A stretch of DNA of 64,000 nucleotides from Macrostomum lignano. Lineage: Eukaryota. Where the stretch lies: positions 1 to 64,000 of the forward strand of contig NIVC01001225.1 of NCBI GenBank assembly GCA_002269645.1, written 5' to 3'. Each line of letters begins with the position of its first letter. The stretch's first letter is position 1. Shown here piece after piece: positions 48,162 to 62,590 of this stretch. A program made the position numbers and the translations under genes. The notes under the pieces were generated by a model. That model ran no database searches and was not told the DNA's origin. It saw only the letters and a list, made by a program, of their open reading frames with translations.

Positions 48162-51100
48162 CTAAGACACTAATACAGACAGACACTAAGACACTAATGC
48201 AGACAGACACTAAGACACTAATGCAGACAGACACTAAGACACTAAAATACAGACAGACACTAAGACACTAATGCAGACAGACACTAAGACACTAATACAG
48301 ACAGACACTAAGACACTAAAATACAAACAGACACTAAGACACTAATGCAGACAGACACTAAGACACTAATACAGACAGACACTAAGACACTAATGCAGAC
48401 AGACACTAAGACACTAATACAGACAGACACTAAGACACTAATGCAGACAGACACTAAGACACTAATACAGACAGACACTAAGACACTAAAATACAAACAG
48501 ACACTAAGACACTAATGCAGACAGACACTAAGACACTAATACAGACAGACACTAAGACACTAATACAGACAGACACTAAGACACTAAAATACAAACAGAC
48601 ACTAAGACACTAATGCAGACAGACACTAAGACACTAATACAGACAGACACTAAGACACTAATGCAGACAGACAGACAAGCAAGCAGACAGACACTAAGAA
48701 ACTACTACAGACAGACACTAAGACACTAATACAGACAGACACTAAGACACTAATGCAGACAGACAGACAGACGGAAGGAAAGACAGACAAGTTTCTGCAC
48801 AAGTAGACAAGCAAATAACTAACAAATAAGTGTGCAAGCCGCAGGTAGAAAATTGGACAAGTAGACAGACAAATATAAAGGCAGGAACTCAGAAAGACCA
48901 GTAGGCAGGCTGTATGTTGGACGGTAAAATTTGCATTATCTGGATTTTATCTCATTACTACTGGAGTATGAATTCAACAAATCGCAAACGAATCCCACAA
49001 CAGGCAACGATCTGGGCCTGTTCGACCTGGACTCTGAGACCGGACAGCTGAGCACCGGAAAGCTGCTCGTAGACTTTGCCGGTCACAACCTGAGCCTGAG
49101 TCTGGCCGTCAGCGATCTGGGCTCGCCGCCCAAGGCCAGCCTGTGCTTAGTGAGCATTCGCATCATCAACCACGAGCCCAACAGGCCCGTGGTGTTCGGC
49201 CAGCACCACTACAACGTCAAGATTGTGGAAGAGGCACCGCCGGGCAGTTTCGTTATTAAAGTTGACGCCAAAGCTAACGACATGCCGCTTGTGTATTCCA
49301 TTACTAGCGGCAACGAGCTGGGCCTGTTCGACATCGCGCCATCCACCGGGGTGCTCATCGTTAAAAATCCCGTCGATCGAGAGACTCACGGCGATTTCTT
49401 CCGTCTCGGCGTTCAAGTGCAGGCGGTGGACACCCGCCTAGCCGTGCTCACCGAGGTTCTCGTCAATGTGCTGGACGTTAATGACAATCGGCCGGCGTTC
49501 CTGTCCGATAGACTGTCCGACGGCGTAGTGTCCGAGGATGCGCAGCGTGGCCAGATTGTTCGCGAAGCTGGCCGACCGCGGCCGCTGACCATCAAGGCTG
49601 CGGATGCCGACTTTGGCGTGAATCAGGTAACGGGAGTAAACTTTATGGCCGCTAGCTGTAGTCACGTGACCGACTGAAGTTCGACTAACTGACTGGAGTC
49701 CCGTGACCGATAGAAGGGTTGCTAGATGGAGTCACGTGACCGATAGAAGGGTTGCTAGATGGAGTCACGTGACCGATTGAAGGTTGCTAGATGGAGTCAC
49801 GTGACCGATTGAAGGTTGCTAGATGGAGTCGCGTGACCGATTGAAGGTTGCTAGATGGAATCACGTGACCGATTGAAGGGTTGCTAGATGAAGTCACCTG
49901 ACCGATTGAAGGGTTGCTTGATGAAGTCACCTGACCGATTTAAGGGTTGTTAGATGTAGTCACGTGACCGATTTAAGGGTGCCATATGAAGTCACGTGAC
50001 CGATTGAAGGTTGCTAGATGAAGTCACGTGACCGATTTAAGGGTTGTTAGATGTAGTCACGTGACCGATCGAAGGATGGCTAGATGGATTCACGTGACCA
50101 ACTGCAGTTTTTGTGTGGATTTAGTTAGTTATCAATCATATCGGTAGAATCGCGATCACAGAGCTCTCCGCCACCCATCCCAGGAGCTCACCTACGAGAT
50201 CGCTGACCCGGCCGCCGACGCCGCCTTCTCCGTCGACCCTGTGACCGGCGCCATTCGCGTCAGCCAACCGTTGGACCGCGAAACTCGCGACCTGTACGAA
50301 TTCGACGTCTGGGTGCGCGACAGCGGCACGCCGAAACGGCTGCGCTCGGCCAAGCCGGCCCGGGTTCGAATCCGCATTCTAGACGTTAACGATTGTCCGC
50401 CGCAGTACAGCCGGGCGGACTACTACACTGTGCTGGAGTTGCCCAGCTACGACGGCGCCAGGCTGGCCAGGATTCGAGCCTACGACCGCGATTTAAATAA
50501 TAGCGTCAGTTTGAGCATAGTTAGCGGCAATGCCGATGGCCTGTTTCAATTGCATCCGGTTAGTGGACTGCTCACCCTGGCCAGGCCGGAACTGCTTCGG
50601 GAGCACTATTATTTCCTAGTTATTAGCGCTACGGATTCCGTGCACGTGTCTTTGACTAATATTTCTATCAATGCCAGGTAAGTTTTGTTATATTATTTTC
50701 TATTTTCTAACCACTATGATATGTAAAATGTTTTGTGTCAGTGCCATTTGGCAATGCCAGTTTCAGTGCCATTTGGCAGCGCCATTAGTCATCCGGGGTC
50801 TAAATTAGGGATGTCGTAGCATGGCACACTTTAAGACACAGCAAAGTCTAAGCTATGACCAAGTGCACAGTGTTATCTATAAGCAGTGCAATTTTTATCA
50901 ATATTTTATAAACTATTAAGATAAAAAACATCAAAGCCTGCATTTAACATTCCGCGTCGGTCCCACTTGTTAAGAAAAAAATTACAGACGGACAGACAGA
51001 ATGAACAAACAACAAGCTTGTAGTTTGTGATACAATTTCGCAAATAACTGATAAGCGCTGCTATATTATAGAAATAGACAGTTCTCTTTAAGTGACTCTG

Positions 51101-53097
51101 TGTTCACCTCTGCCGTTTCCAAGCTGTTATGCAGCTTGATTTCATATTTTTGTTACTGGCTATACCCGTCTCTGTCGGTGTTCGAGCCTGTCTGGTGCCT
51201 CACACCGTCTTTCCCTACTCCTATCTAACTCAACATTTGACTTGCTCAGTCTGTAAGCCGCTTTATCTACTCTCTATGTTAGATAAATATAGAGCTGACT
51301 GAAGATTTTCATGCTCGATAGATAAAGCCTGTCGGCAGTGGGTGTGTGTTGCTTTAATTTTTCCTTTGCCCCCTGGTTTCCGTTCATTTTCGGTGCACTG
51401 TTCTTAGTGTGCTAGTTCTTGATATTCTCGATGTGTGTGTGGTATTATGAATATGTATGCTTATGTTTAGGGACGCCAAAAATAAAATAAGCTGTGAAGC
51501 TTTGAGTGTGCCATGTTTTAGACCGTCGAAGTTCACTTAGCACCCTGAAAATCGCCTTTAAACAGTCCTTGGAGAATCGCCCCTAAACCGCTCATAAACC
51601 GCCCCTTACGAATCGCCTCCAAACCGCCCCCCCAAACCGCCGCTAAACCGCCCCTTACGAATCGCCTCTAAACCGCCCCCCAAACCGCCCCTAAACCGCC
51701 CCTTACGAATCGCCTCTAAACCGCCCCTAAACCGCCTTTAGAGAATCGCCCCTAAACTGGCCCTCAACCGCCCTTTGAGAATTGCTCCTAAAACACCCTG
51801 AAAATCGCCGCTAACCCGCGTTAAGAATCGTCCCTTAACCTTAAAAGTATCGAGCTGTAAGAGTCCTAGTTAAATTTTTTGTAACGAATAATAGCCATTT
51901 CGTACCCATTAAGCTTAATTCTTAATTTGTCCTCTAATTCCTCGAATGTCTGCAGGCAGCGCACCGCCAATCTCCAACTGCTGCCAGCTAATCTGACAGT
52001 CCACGTCCAAGAGAACTCGGCCGAGGTGACCACCTTGGCCAAATTCCGGCCCTACCCGGCTCCGCTGAACTATCCATACAGATTCAGCCTGATCTCACCT
52101 AGCGAGTATTTCAGCGTTAACTCTATTACTGGCGTCCTGGCCACGACTGGCCGACCTATGGACGCGGAGCAGGCTAGGCGGCACGTTCTGCTGGTGAGAG
52201 TCTGTGCTTGGGAATGGATTCTTCATTTACAGTTCACTGTCAAATATAAGAGATAGATCATGGACCTCCAGGTTACAGGCTGGTCAGCGTTGCAGAATGA
52301 CCGGTGTTAAGTACTAATTTATAGGAAAAAACTCGGTTATCCCCTGCAGTTATCCCCTGTCACAGACAGACAGACCAGTACAATCCCTGTTACAGTCGAT
52401 TATCCCCAGTTACAGGCAATTATCCACAGTTACAGGAATAATCCCCAGGTACATTCAATTATCCCCTGTTACAGGCACTCATCCCCTAGTTATACAGGCA
52501 ATTCTTCCCCATTTACAATCAATTATCCCCTGTCACCCCACACCAACCCCGTCCCCCAGGTTCGCGCCACAGCGGAGTCCAAGCTGGGTTTCGCCCAGGT
52601 GACAGTGCAGGTAGACGACACGAACGACAATCGGCCAGTGTTTGTGAACCGGCCCTACAACTCTATCATGTTCGCTGGTCAGCCACTTGGCAGCGTGGCG
52701 CTAATCGCGCGCGCTATCGACGCCGATTCGGGCGCCAACGGATTGGTGCGATACGAGTTGCGCAATCATCATTCGGAATTCTGGATTAACGCCACAGGCG
52801 GCCAGGTGTACACCAGGAAGATTATTGAACAGCCGGCCGTGTTCACATTGGAACTTCGGGCTATCGATGCTGGATCGCCAATTCAACAGTTCAGCACGGT
52901 GGCGGCCACAGTCCAGGTGGTAGCTAATAACACCCCTGTGTTTCCCAACGGCTCAGTCACCGTGTCAGTTAGCGAGTCGCTCCGGCCCAACTCTGAGATT
53001 TTCACTGTGCAAGCCGAGGCGCCCGGCTCTGCCACGCTAATCTATACTATTGAGAGCGGCAATGTTGGCGAAATGTTCTCGTTGGATTTTCAAACTG
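25740..53097 (+). CDS. FAT1: Fat-like giant cadherin (FAT1/2/3, Drosophila kugelei group), 3'-partial, ~2,330 aa (~20-21 cadherin repeats); coding exons 25740-29082, 31702-32046, 32234-32449, 32763-33212, 34087-34223, 36900-37503, 49004-49626, 50184-50677, 51956-52193, 52560-53097
   Basis: Signal peptide followed by F.QQHYNATV and tandem cadherin motifs (LDRE, DVNDN.P, A.D.D.G.NG). The order of repeats and family-specific segments (YEANK linker, PLTIKAADAD, LELPSYDGA, VNRPY, FSLDFQTG) is colinear with vertebrate FAT1 as I recall it. GT-AG phases are consistent. The model needs three +1 homopolymer corrections in the first coding exon. The symbol denotes the FAT1/2/3 orthology group, not 1:1 orthology. 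Confidence 0.9.
33285..33790. repeat. 24-bp minisatellite (AGTCTATCCCATATTCCAAAGCAT), ~20 copies
   Basis: Direct reading; the minus-strand DYALEYGI ORF is an artefact. Confidence 0.97.
34330..34700. repeat. 48-bp minisatellite, ~7.5 copies
   Basis: GGCACTGATAGTGTCCCACTGAAAGCATTGATAACCTTTAACACCTGA repeated. Confidence 0.97.
36390..36770. repeat. ~35-38-bp degenerate minisatellite (GAGGATCTCAGA..GGGATTTTGAGTCCCTACAAAT)
   Basis: Direct reading. Confidence 0.9.
37615..38030. repeat. ~26-bp degenerate minisatellite (AAAATCGCCCCTTAAATTTCCCTAGG)
   Basis: Direct reading. Confidence 0.88.
38990..39100 (+). mobile_element. SINE family 2, head fragment
   Basis: GCTCAGTGGTGAACGCGTCTGGCTC...GGTTCGATTTC...CACATTCCTTTTTGGGCCTCGTGCGCAC.AAAATTGG matches 13900-14005. 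Confidence 0.7.
40380..42590. repeat. ~2.2-kb compound T/C/G-rich tandem array (TCTG-derived 18/21/36-39-nt units)
   Basis: GTGTCTGTCTGTTCTATCT(GTGTCTGTTCTGTCTA) units; the near-absence of stop codons creates the 778- and 824-aa artefact ORFs. Confidence 0.97.
43150..43347. mobile_element. hAT (Charlie-like) MITE, ~198 bp
   Basis: TIRs TAGGGGCCGGCAAACT and (reverse complement) CAGGGGACGGCAGACT. Subterminal AAACTTTTT...AAGGGCCAGATAG resembles MER58-type elements from memory. The 8-bp flanks GTCTACAC and GTCGACAT (6/8) fit a decayed TSD. Confidence 0.75.
48100..48790. repeat. (CAGA)n grading into a 24-bp unit (ACAGACAGACACTAAGACACTAAT)
   Basis: Direct reading. Confidence 0.97.
49661..50098. 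repeat. 32-33-bp minisatellite, 14 units, each with a GTCACGTGAC palindrome (8 perfect)
   Basis: Perfect copies at 49661, 49731, 49764, 49796, 49959, 49991, 50023 and 50056; single-mismatch copies at 49698, 49828, 49860, 49893, 49926 and 50089. Confidence 0.97.
51545..51840. repeat. C-rich degenerate minisatellite (GAATCGCC(C/T)CTAAACCGCCCC)
   Basis: Direct reading. Confidence 0.85.
52335..52535. repeat. ~20-bp degenerate repeat (TTATCCCCTGTTACAGGCAA)
   Basis: Direct reading. Confidence 0.8.
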
Positions 53098-54789
53098 GTG
53101 AGCGCTATAATTGTTTTACTGTTTACTGTATATAGTACATGCTTAAACCTACCTGTGTCTCTGTGTGTTGTCCGCATTATTTTGGCTCTCTCTCTATCAC
53201 TCTGTCTATCAGGTAAGTATATCCGCTCCGATGCTATGTAATAATAGTTTAGCTAAGCTTAGGCCACACAAGAGCTTAACATCACTGACAACAGCGACTC
53301 CTTGGACACTCTTACTTGGTAAACACTGCTCTGGCTGAACTATAAAAGCAGCAAGCAGCAGCCTTTTGAGTTGTCCGCTTTTGTGCAAATATCTGTGTAT
53401 ATGTATGTATGTATGGATGTATGTATGTATTGGTAAATATTGTATGCCTTGCTCTATATTCAAACTGCTAATCTGTGTGCGTGTGTGCGTTTGTTATTCA
53501 CCGGTGCGGGGCACTATTTGACCTGCGGCTTGGCTCTGACGTTGTGTGCAGTTTTTTTGCGTTTGTGTGTGTGTGCGCGTCCTAAAACCTATCAGCTAAT
53601 CTCTTCTCTGGCAATAGCTTAGTCTGTGTGCAATAGTAGCAGCTTATATAATATAGTTTATTAGTATTATCTCTGTATTTGCGTAGGCGGCTCGTCTGTT
53701 TCTTTACAATGATAAGCGCAATTTTTTACTCTATGTTGGTAGAATAGAAACCAACTTGACATTGATTGAAGAAACCCGTTGAAAATGTTACTTTGGCAAG
53801 AATCGCGAAAGAGTCTTTGCAAACAACTCATAAATTGACGCATGAATAGTATAGCATGAACTTTTTATTATTAATGCTTGTCATTACGTTTTGCATTTTA
53901 AAAGGAGATCTGTTTTAAACAAAAAAATCGCATGCGCTCTGGCTGCCAAACCCCTCAGTTCGAACGCTTAGCGCGGCATCTTCATATTTAGCATCGTTGC
54001 ATTAATATTTACAATACTAGCTAATTATTTTACTACTTTATCATCAAATTTTGTTTAATTTTCGCAGCGCCGTCGAGAAATGCAACGCCGAATTTTGGTA
54101 GGCCGTCCCCATCGATAATTTTGCTCTCTATTTATATTTTACTAGACACAAAAACCGAACCCACATCTTTGAAACACATCTCTGCCTGGTGCTGCTATGC
54201 TTTTCATTTTGAGCATTTCTTTGCGGTTGTTGTATCCACTCTCTGGTCTATCACTCTTTAGCCTGCATCTATTGTATTGAGCTTCTTCTGTCTCTTATTC
54301 ATTTTTACACCGGTTTCTCGAGAGCACTCACGTATGTGTTTATAAAGAATTGTGTTTAGCAGGTGTTGCTATGGAGCTCAACTACTGTCTGTCGGCATTT
54401 TTCTGTGATGTCGAAAACAACCCTATTGTAGAATTTCATTTTTTGTGGACAAGTTTTATTTTTTTATTTCATTTATTAGACTTTTTCTTCATTTTTTTAT
54501 AAGCATTAACAAAAATTGAATTTTATTACCCTTCAGCGAGCTCAATTCTTCAAAACCTGTTTAGACCTACCTTTGCCATTGATACGCTTGCCTTAGTTAA
54601 TGTTTAGCGAAATGGCTGCTGCATTTTGGTGAATTACTCTATGGTAGATTTTGCATTTTTACACCCACCCTTTTTGTCATGGTAATTTGCAATTTGATTG
54701 GAGCATTCCTGATCCCAACTCTGCCACTGGTGACGCAACACTTGCATATTATCGTAGCTTATACCCATTGGCCCAGCTCCTTCTGCCAT

Positions 54790-55335
<546 letters not shown>

Positions 55336-56269
55336 TGTAATATGTCAATCTCTGCCTGTTTGCTTCAGCCAATTTCTGATGGTAAAATTTAGTATTGAAA
55401 AAGCGAAAAGCACTGCCGCCCTCTCTATCCCGCATGAATCTGCATGTCTAACTGTGCCTAGATCCGATTGCTTTGCCAAATACTGCAAAATGCATTATGT
55501 ATTGTATTTTTTCTAATTTAATTCCTGTCTAACTGCGACAGACTACAACAGTCGAGGGCCTTGTAAGTACCATATTTGTAGATTCGGATCATCTGTGATT
55601 TTTTATCAGCACAATCAATCAATAATCGGCCGCAAATTTATCAAGCTTTCGCTTCTGCGAATATTCAATTTTTATTGATTGATTTTTTTACAGAAAATAA
55701 CTAAGAAATAGAACAATATTGTCTGATATCGTTGACTTCTGGTTAAGGGATTCTAGGGAGGTGGGGGCTACCAAGAAACCTTGAATTGTTGCATTTTGTC
55801 CAACCATTTCAAAGCGCTGCAGGTCAGTGCAGAGAAATTTATTCATATGGATAATTTCTTTTTCTTGTCTTGCCTTGACTTGATACAGTTTAGCCAGAGA
55901 GAGTGTGTATACAAGTGCGCAAGGCCGTCCCCTATGCCATATTCGCACCAGGGTATCGGTTTGTTGGGCAAGACTTGCGGCTAGCTTTGGCGGAAACTTT
56001 CTTCTTGTTAGTCTGTTCTGGTCTATTTGCTATCATTTATCCTCATGTGCAGGCGGTCAAGATAGTCATCTGCAATATGGAATCATGATTTTTCTTTCTC
56101 CATATTTCAGTGCACAATACAACTGCTTAAAATATCCTAGTTTAATGTATTCAACGCGTCATTAATCTGCTGGCGCAATGGTTTTCTGCTTGATTGCTTG
56201 CTTGCTACTAGAAAAATATAGCATTTTTTTCAAACGTAGGCTGCTCCTTTAAAAAATTAATGTCCCATT

Positions 56270-56520
56270 TTTCAATTTTATGGCGCCCTATTAGTTCTAT
56301 TGTGGCGCCTCTAATAGGTCTATTGTGGTGCCATTGTTAGGTCTATTGTGGCTCTCTTATTAGGTATATCGTGGTACCCTTAATATGTATTTTGTGGTGC
56401 CCTTATTAGGTCCATTGTGGTGCCATTATTAGGTCCATTGTGGTGCCCTTATTAGGTCCATTGTGGCGCCCTTATTAGGTCCATTGTGGCGCCCTTATTA
56501 GGTCTTATTTGGTTGCCCAA
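56270..56520. repeat. 23-bp minisatellite (CCTTATTAGGTCCATTGTGG(T/C)GC)
   Basis: Direct reading. Confidence 0.9.
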
Positions 56521-58202
56521 TAGATCGTTAAAATGCTGCCATTTGTAATGCACTGCACTTTATGCCGAATGTAAAAGTTTGCAAATCACAGATATGAGGT
56601 CAAATGTGGTCACGGTATGCAATTAGTTGGTTAGTCGATGGTAAGGCGACACCAAGGCCAGAGAGATTGGTTAGGAGTGTATTATTTTCCGTCTGGACTA
56701 AAGGTGTTATCCTGGCAGCCAGCATTGGATGCTGGGGACAGCATCGGATTTAGTCTTCTATTCGCCAGTTCAGCTTTTTTTGTTTAGTTGCCAGGTGCCA
56801 AGTTTCTGGTATAGCCTCGATGAATTTTGCTTCTTTCCTTCGTCTTCTTCTTTCGTTTCTATTTGTTATGCGCCAGCCAAGTAGCTTTATCTGCGTGCAG
56901 CGGCCGGCTTGGTCCTTTTCTGTCTCCAATTTTTCTCTTCTGCAAGGGAATTTCGAGACTTGGGCGGGGGCCGAATCATTATTGCCTCTGCGATAAGGCC
57001 TATCAGTGGGCGAACATCCGTCTTCTGCTTTTTTCAGTAGGCTTCTGTTAGAGTGAATTCTAGGGATGGGGGCCTGTGCGGATAGATAGACAAGTTGGGA
57101 GTTTTTTATCGCGGCATTTCTCAGCCCTCTCTTCACCCTTTGACGTGATTGATTCCGGGATGGAAGTGAGTTGAATTTGCCAAAAAAACAGAATAGATGA
57201 TTATGAAAAGGAGTATGAAAATTTTGTGTGTTGCTTTTATATTTATATTTATATTTTTATATTTAGCTTGATGGTAAGTATAGTAGCTAATATACTAGGT
57301 TAATTGTGCGTGCAGTCGGCCACCTTTTGACGGTTGAGACGACTTGCCCGCTGTGACCCTTTCAGCTCCGGCCCCGACAATAATAATTGATTAGCTGGGT
57401 CACTCTTCCACAGCCAGGGGCCGGAGATGGAGAGACAGTGGGAAGAGGCTGCTCGCAGGGAAGGGCGAGAGGGAGGTTGAGAGAGAGACCTTAGTACCAG
57501 CAATTGACGGGGCCGACTTCTTAGAGAGATAGACGACAGTTTCCTGGCTGACCTCTGACCCCACCCCCTCCCCAAATCCACATAATCCTCTTTTCCTTCG
57601 CCTGCCAGCAGAATAATCATTATTATTAATATAATGATTAGCTATATGATATTGGCTAGCGGGAGAAGTTGAAGATGAAGAGTTGCTTATACTATAGTGA
57701 GCTTTAGGACTGTAGGAATCGGTGAGGTGTGACTAATTGGCACGCCCAGGATGCAGTGCGGGAAGCTGGATATACTGAACCGAAAGCCTGTAGCGGAGTT
57801 ATAAAAAAATTTGCAACCCCAAAGAATGCGAGAATCCGCCCCGAATGCCGCCCAAGGATTTATAGGCAGTGAAGTGAGGGGGGACAGAGTCGCTGATTTA
57901 TTGCTGCCATGCTGCTGGCCCATATCGATCGATTCGGGTGGGGTGGGGCGGTTTTCTCCGGCGTGCGAACGCGACGCTGCTATGCCGGGACGATGAACGA
58001 AAGAGGATCGAGGGAAGGCGACAGCTGTCTCGAGTTTCACTCTTTGGAGCAGATTGCATATTCGCTCTCTTATTTCTTAGCTTACCTCCTGTGGCCTCCC
58101 CCAGTCCCAGTCAGATTTCCAGACTCAAGCGATGCGATGGAATTGCATATTTTATATTCACGAAATTTGAGTCATTCTTTGGCTGCTGTCTATGGATAGG
58201 CA

Positions 58203-58560
<358 letters not shown>

Positions 58561-59639
58561 TTTTTGTCTGTCTATCTCTCTCCCTCTCCCTCTTCCCTCT
58601 CTCCCTCTCCCTCTCTCTACCTATTCCACTCTCTCTTCTCCCTCCCCCCTCTATCTTGCTAGCTATTTCTATGTATATCTTGCTTCTACTGTTGCTTCTC
58701 GCTCTCCCTTCTCTCACCTAGGCTGTAATGCTTCATCGCTGGGATGTCCCCCAAGCCATATTGCCATAAATTCTTCCCAAGCGCAATGTATATATAAATC
58801 TCTCCAGCTGAGCCGACCTGCCGCCCCATAGCAGTACCGTCGGTCCGTGCTCCTTCAATTAATTAATACCCCGTCTCTCTTTCTTCTTTCCTTTGCTCTT
58901 GTCCGCCCCCCCCCCCACGATTCTCGATTGTGTTTGCTCTGGTCTGCGCTCTGTTCCTCAAGTCAAGCCGGTGAAAGCTTAGTCCGAGCCTTGGCCGCGC
59001 GAAGACACAAAGTGGACTCACCTGGGGCACCCCCCCCCCCGTGAGCGCGAGTCCTATGGCTGTCTACCGTAGAATAAAATGAAAGAGAATGAGGAAAAGA
59101 AAAGAGCCCACCAGAGAGGGATTTTCTTACCTAACTCTCGCTCTCTTTCTACTCCGCTTCGCTCCTCCCACTTCATTTCGGGTCCGATGCCTTTCTCTTT
59201 TCCCCTCTGCGCCGTAATCCTCCAGGCAAAAACCGACCGCAAAGACCAAAGGGAGATTACGTCACCAGCTGCGTCGCCTGCTTTTCTCTCTCCTAATTTC
59301 TTGCCTCTTTGGACTCTTCTATATATAATTATTTCTTAACTCCGTCTCGAGTTTTTTATTTACTATTTGTTTCGGTAACAGCCCCCCCGCGGGGTAGCCG
59401 CTTGGTATTTGGGCGGTCTCCTTAAGTCCCTAGTCTCTTGGCCGAGCCTCGGGTGTGAGGCCCCAGAGGGGAGAGGAAGTGTCGGTAGAGAGCTGCTGGC
59501 TGAAGGCTTCAAAGTAATTCTCATATCAATGCGCTTCGGTGCGCCCGCTCGTCGACTACTGACTAAGAGTCTCTGTTTAGTCATCAATATCATTTTTGTA
59601 TATAACTTATCAACTCTCTTCTCTGTGTGTTCTCAGTCT

Positions 59640-60470
59640 CTTATCTGTCTAATCTCTGCGGTCTCACCTCTCATCTCTGTCTAATCTCTGCTATCTCTTC
59701 TCTCATCTGTCTAATCTCTGTTATCTCTCTCATCTCTGTCTAATTTCTGCTGTCCCTCTCATCTGTCTAATCTCTGCTATCTCTCCTCTCATCTCTGTCT
59801 AATTTCTGCTGTCCCTCTCATCTGTCTAATCTCTGCTATCTCTCCTCTCATCTCTGTCTAATCTCTGCTATCTCTCCTCTCATCTCTGTCAAATCTCTGC
59901 TATCTCTCCTCTCATCTCTGTCTAATCTCTGCTATCTCTTCTCTCATCTCTGTCTAATCTCTGCTATCTCTCCTCTCATCTCTGTCTAATCTCTGCTATC
60001 TCTCCTCTCATCTCTGTCTAATCTCTGCTATCTCTTCTCTCATCTCTGTCTAATCTCTGCTATCTTTTCTCTCATCTCTGTCTAATCTCTGCTATCTCTT
60101 CTCTCATCTCTGTCTAATCTCTGCTATCTCTTCTCTCATCTCTGTCTAATCTCTGTTATCTCTTCTCTCATCTGTCTAATCTCTGCTATCTCTCCTCTCA
60201 TCTGTCTAATCTCTGCTATCTCTTCTCTCATCTCTGTCTAATCTCTGCTATCTCTCCTCTCATCTCTGTCTAATCTCTGCTATCTCTCCTCTCATCTCTG
60301 TCTTATCTCTGCTATCTCTCCTCTCCTCTCTGTCTAATCTCTGCTATCCCTTCTCTCATCTCTGTCTAATCTCTGCTATCTCTTCTCTCATCTCTGTCTA
60401 ATCTCTGCTATCTCTTCTCTCATCTCTGTCTAATCTCTGATATCTCTTTTATCTCTGTCTAATCTCTGAT
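59640..60470. repeat. ~30-bp pyrimidine-rich minisatellite (CTCTCATCTCTGTCTAATCTCTGCTATCTCT)
   Basis: Direct reading. Confidence 0.95.
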
Positions 60471-61075
60471 ATCCTCATTCATGCTTGTATTCAGCTGCTC
60501 GAAGAAAAATGCAGTGAAAAGTGTTTAGCTGCAGTTTTAATCATCAGTGCCAAACTGATGAAAGAGATGCCTTCAGTAAATATTCAAGCAAGAAAGCAGG
60601 CGGCCTACCTATAGTCAGTAGAGAGTATTTACCTGCACAAGGATCCCGACAAATTGTAGCATTATTGAAAACTCTGACTTCATATGCTGTGTAACAATTT
60701 CTAAGCTATGACGGAAGTGTTCCACTCTGCTATGGGCTTCCTTCCTACCTTCCTACTTTTTAGAGAATCAGAGTAAGGCGCTACTGTCTGTCGCGATTCA
60801 TCCAGCATCTGGGGCTTCTCCCCCCCTTCAGCCCGATCCTTCATCGGCTTGGGTTGTAACGCGACACCGGACAGAGCTCTCCTCTTCGACCCCGTCTCTG
60901 CAGGGGGCACCTTACCCCCCCCCCCCCTACCCTGTTTGAGCTGATGGGCACATGGCTTATCATAATCTATTTCCTATAGTTATTCCCATTTCAGTTCGTG
61001 TTTATGCATGTATGTAATTATTATAGTGAATTACATTCGTCTTTTAATGACAGGACAGCTTATCCGTCACTTGTT

Positions 61076-61076
<1 letters not shown>

Positions 61077-61135
<59 letters not shown>
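61077..61135. repeat. (GT)n microsatellite
   Basis: Direct reading. Confidence 0.98.
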
Positions 61136-61136
<1 letters not shown>

Positions 61137-61717
61137 ATATGTATTTTCTTAATCCTATTCGTCTAATTACATTCATCTGCTGTAGAGAAATCTAAAAAGA
61201 AGGACTTGAATTGGAATTCTCTGTGCAAAATAGGGGCTTTGGAGGGTTGGGGTCGTTCAAGTCCGGTTCGCTGCATTATTTAAGCTAGGAGAGGAGAGAA
61301 CGGTCCATCTGCTTCATGGCTTCAATTCTACTCGATTCGACTCTTTCCATGTCCTTCTTATCAGACTGGCCGATGGGGTGTAAGCTTGCGGTAGAATAAT
61401 GCTGACACATGCGCATAGAGATGAAGGGGGGAGAGCGAGAGCGGGACAGATATAGAGGGAGTTGACGAGGCCTGTAATGAGGCGATGTTCTTCATCGAAT
61501 TGAAGTAGCTGGCCCGATGTCTGGCTGCGATGCGGTTATGGCATGCCTGCTTGCGGCTCACGCGTCTGTTTGCCTTCAAGTAATACGATTGGAGCAGCTG
61601 CGGCGATGAAGACTGCGGGATGCTGGACTGGCATGATGCAGCTTGGGATGCAAGTCACGCAATGCTGGCTGGAGCTGTCACTCTTTCTCTGATCTGTTTA
61701 TCGATTCTGCGTCTCTT

Positions 61718-62590
<873 letters not shown>

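Noticed and set aside
50840-51080. Possible Helitron/HINE-like fragment (ACAGACGGACAGACAG...TATATTATAG); similar feel at 38040-38290
   Set aside because: Only a generic resemblance; no clear terminal hairpin, CTRR end or second copy could be verified by eye.
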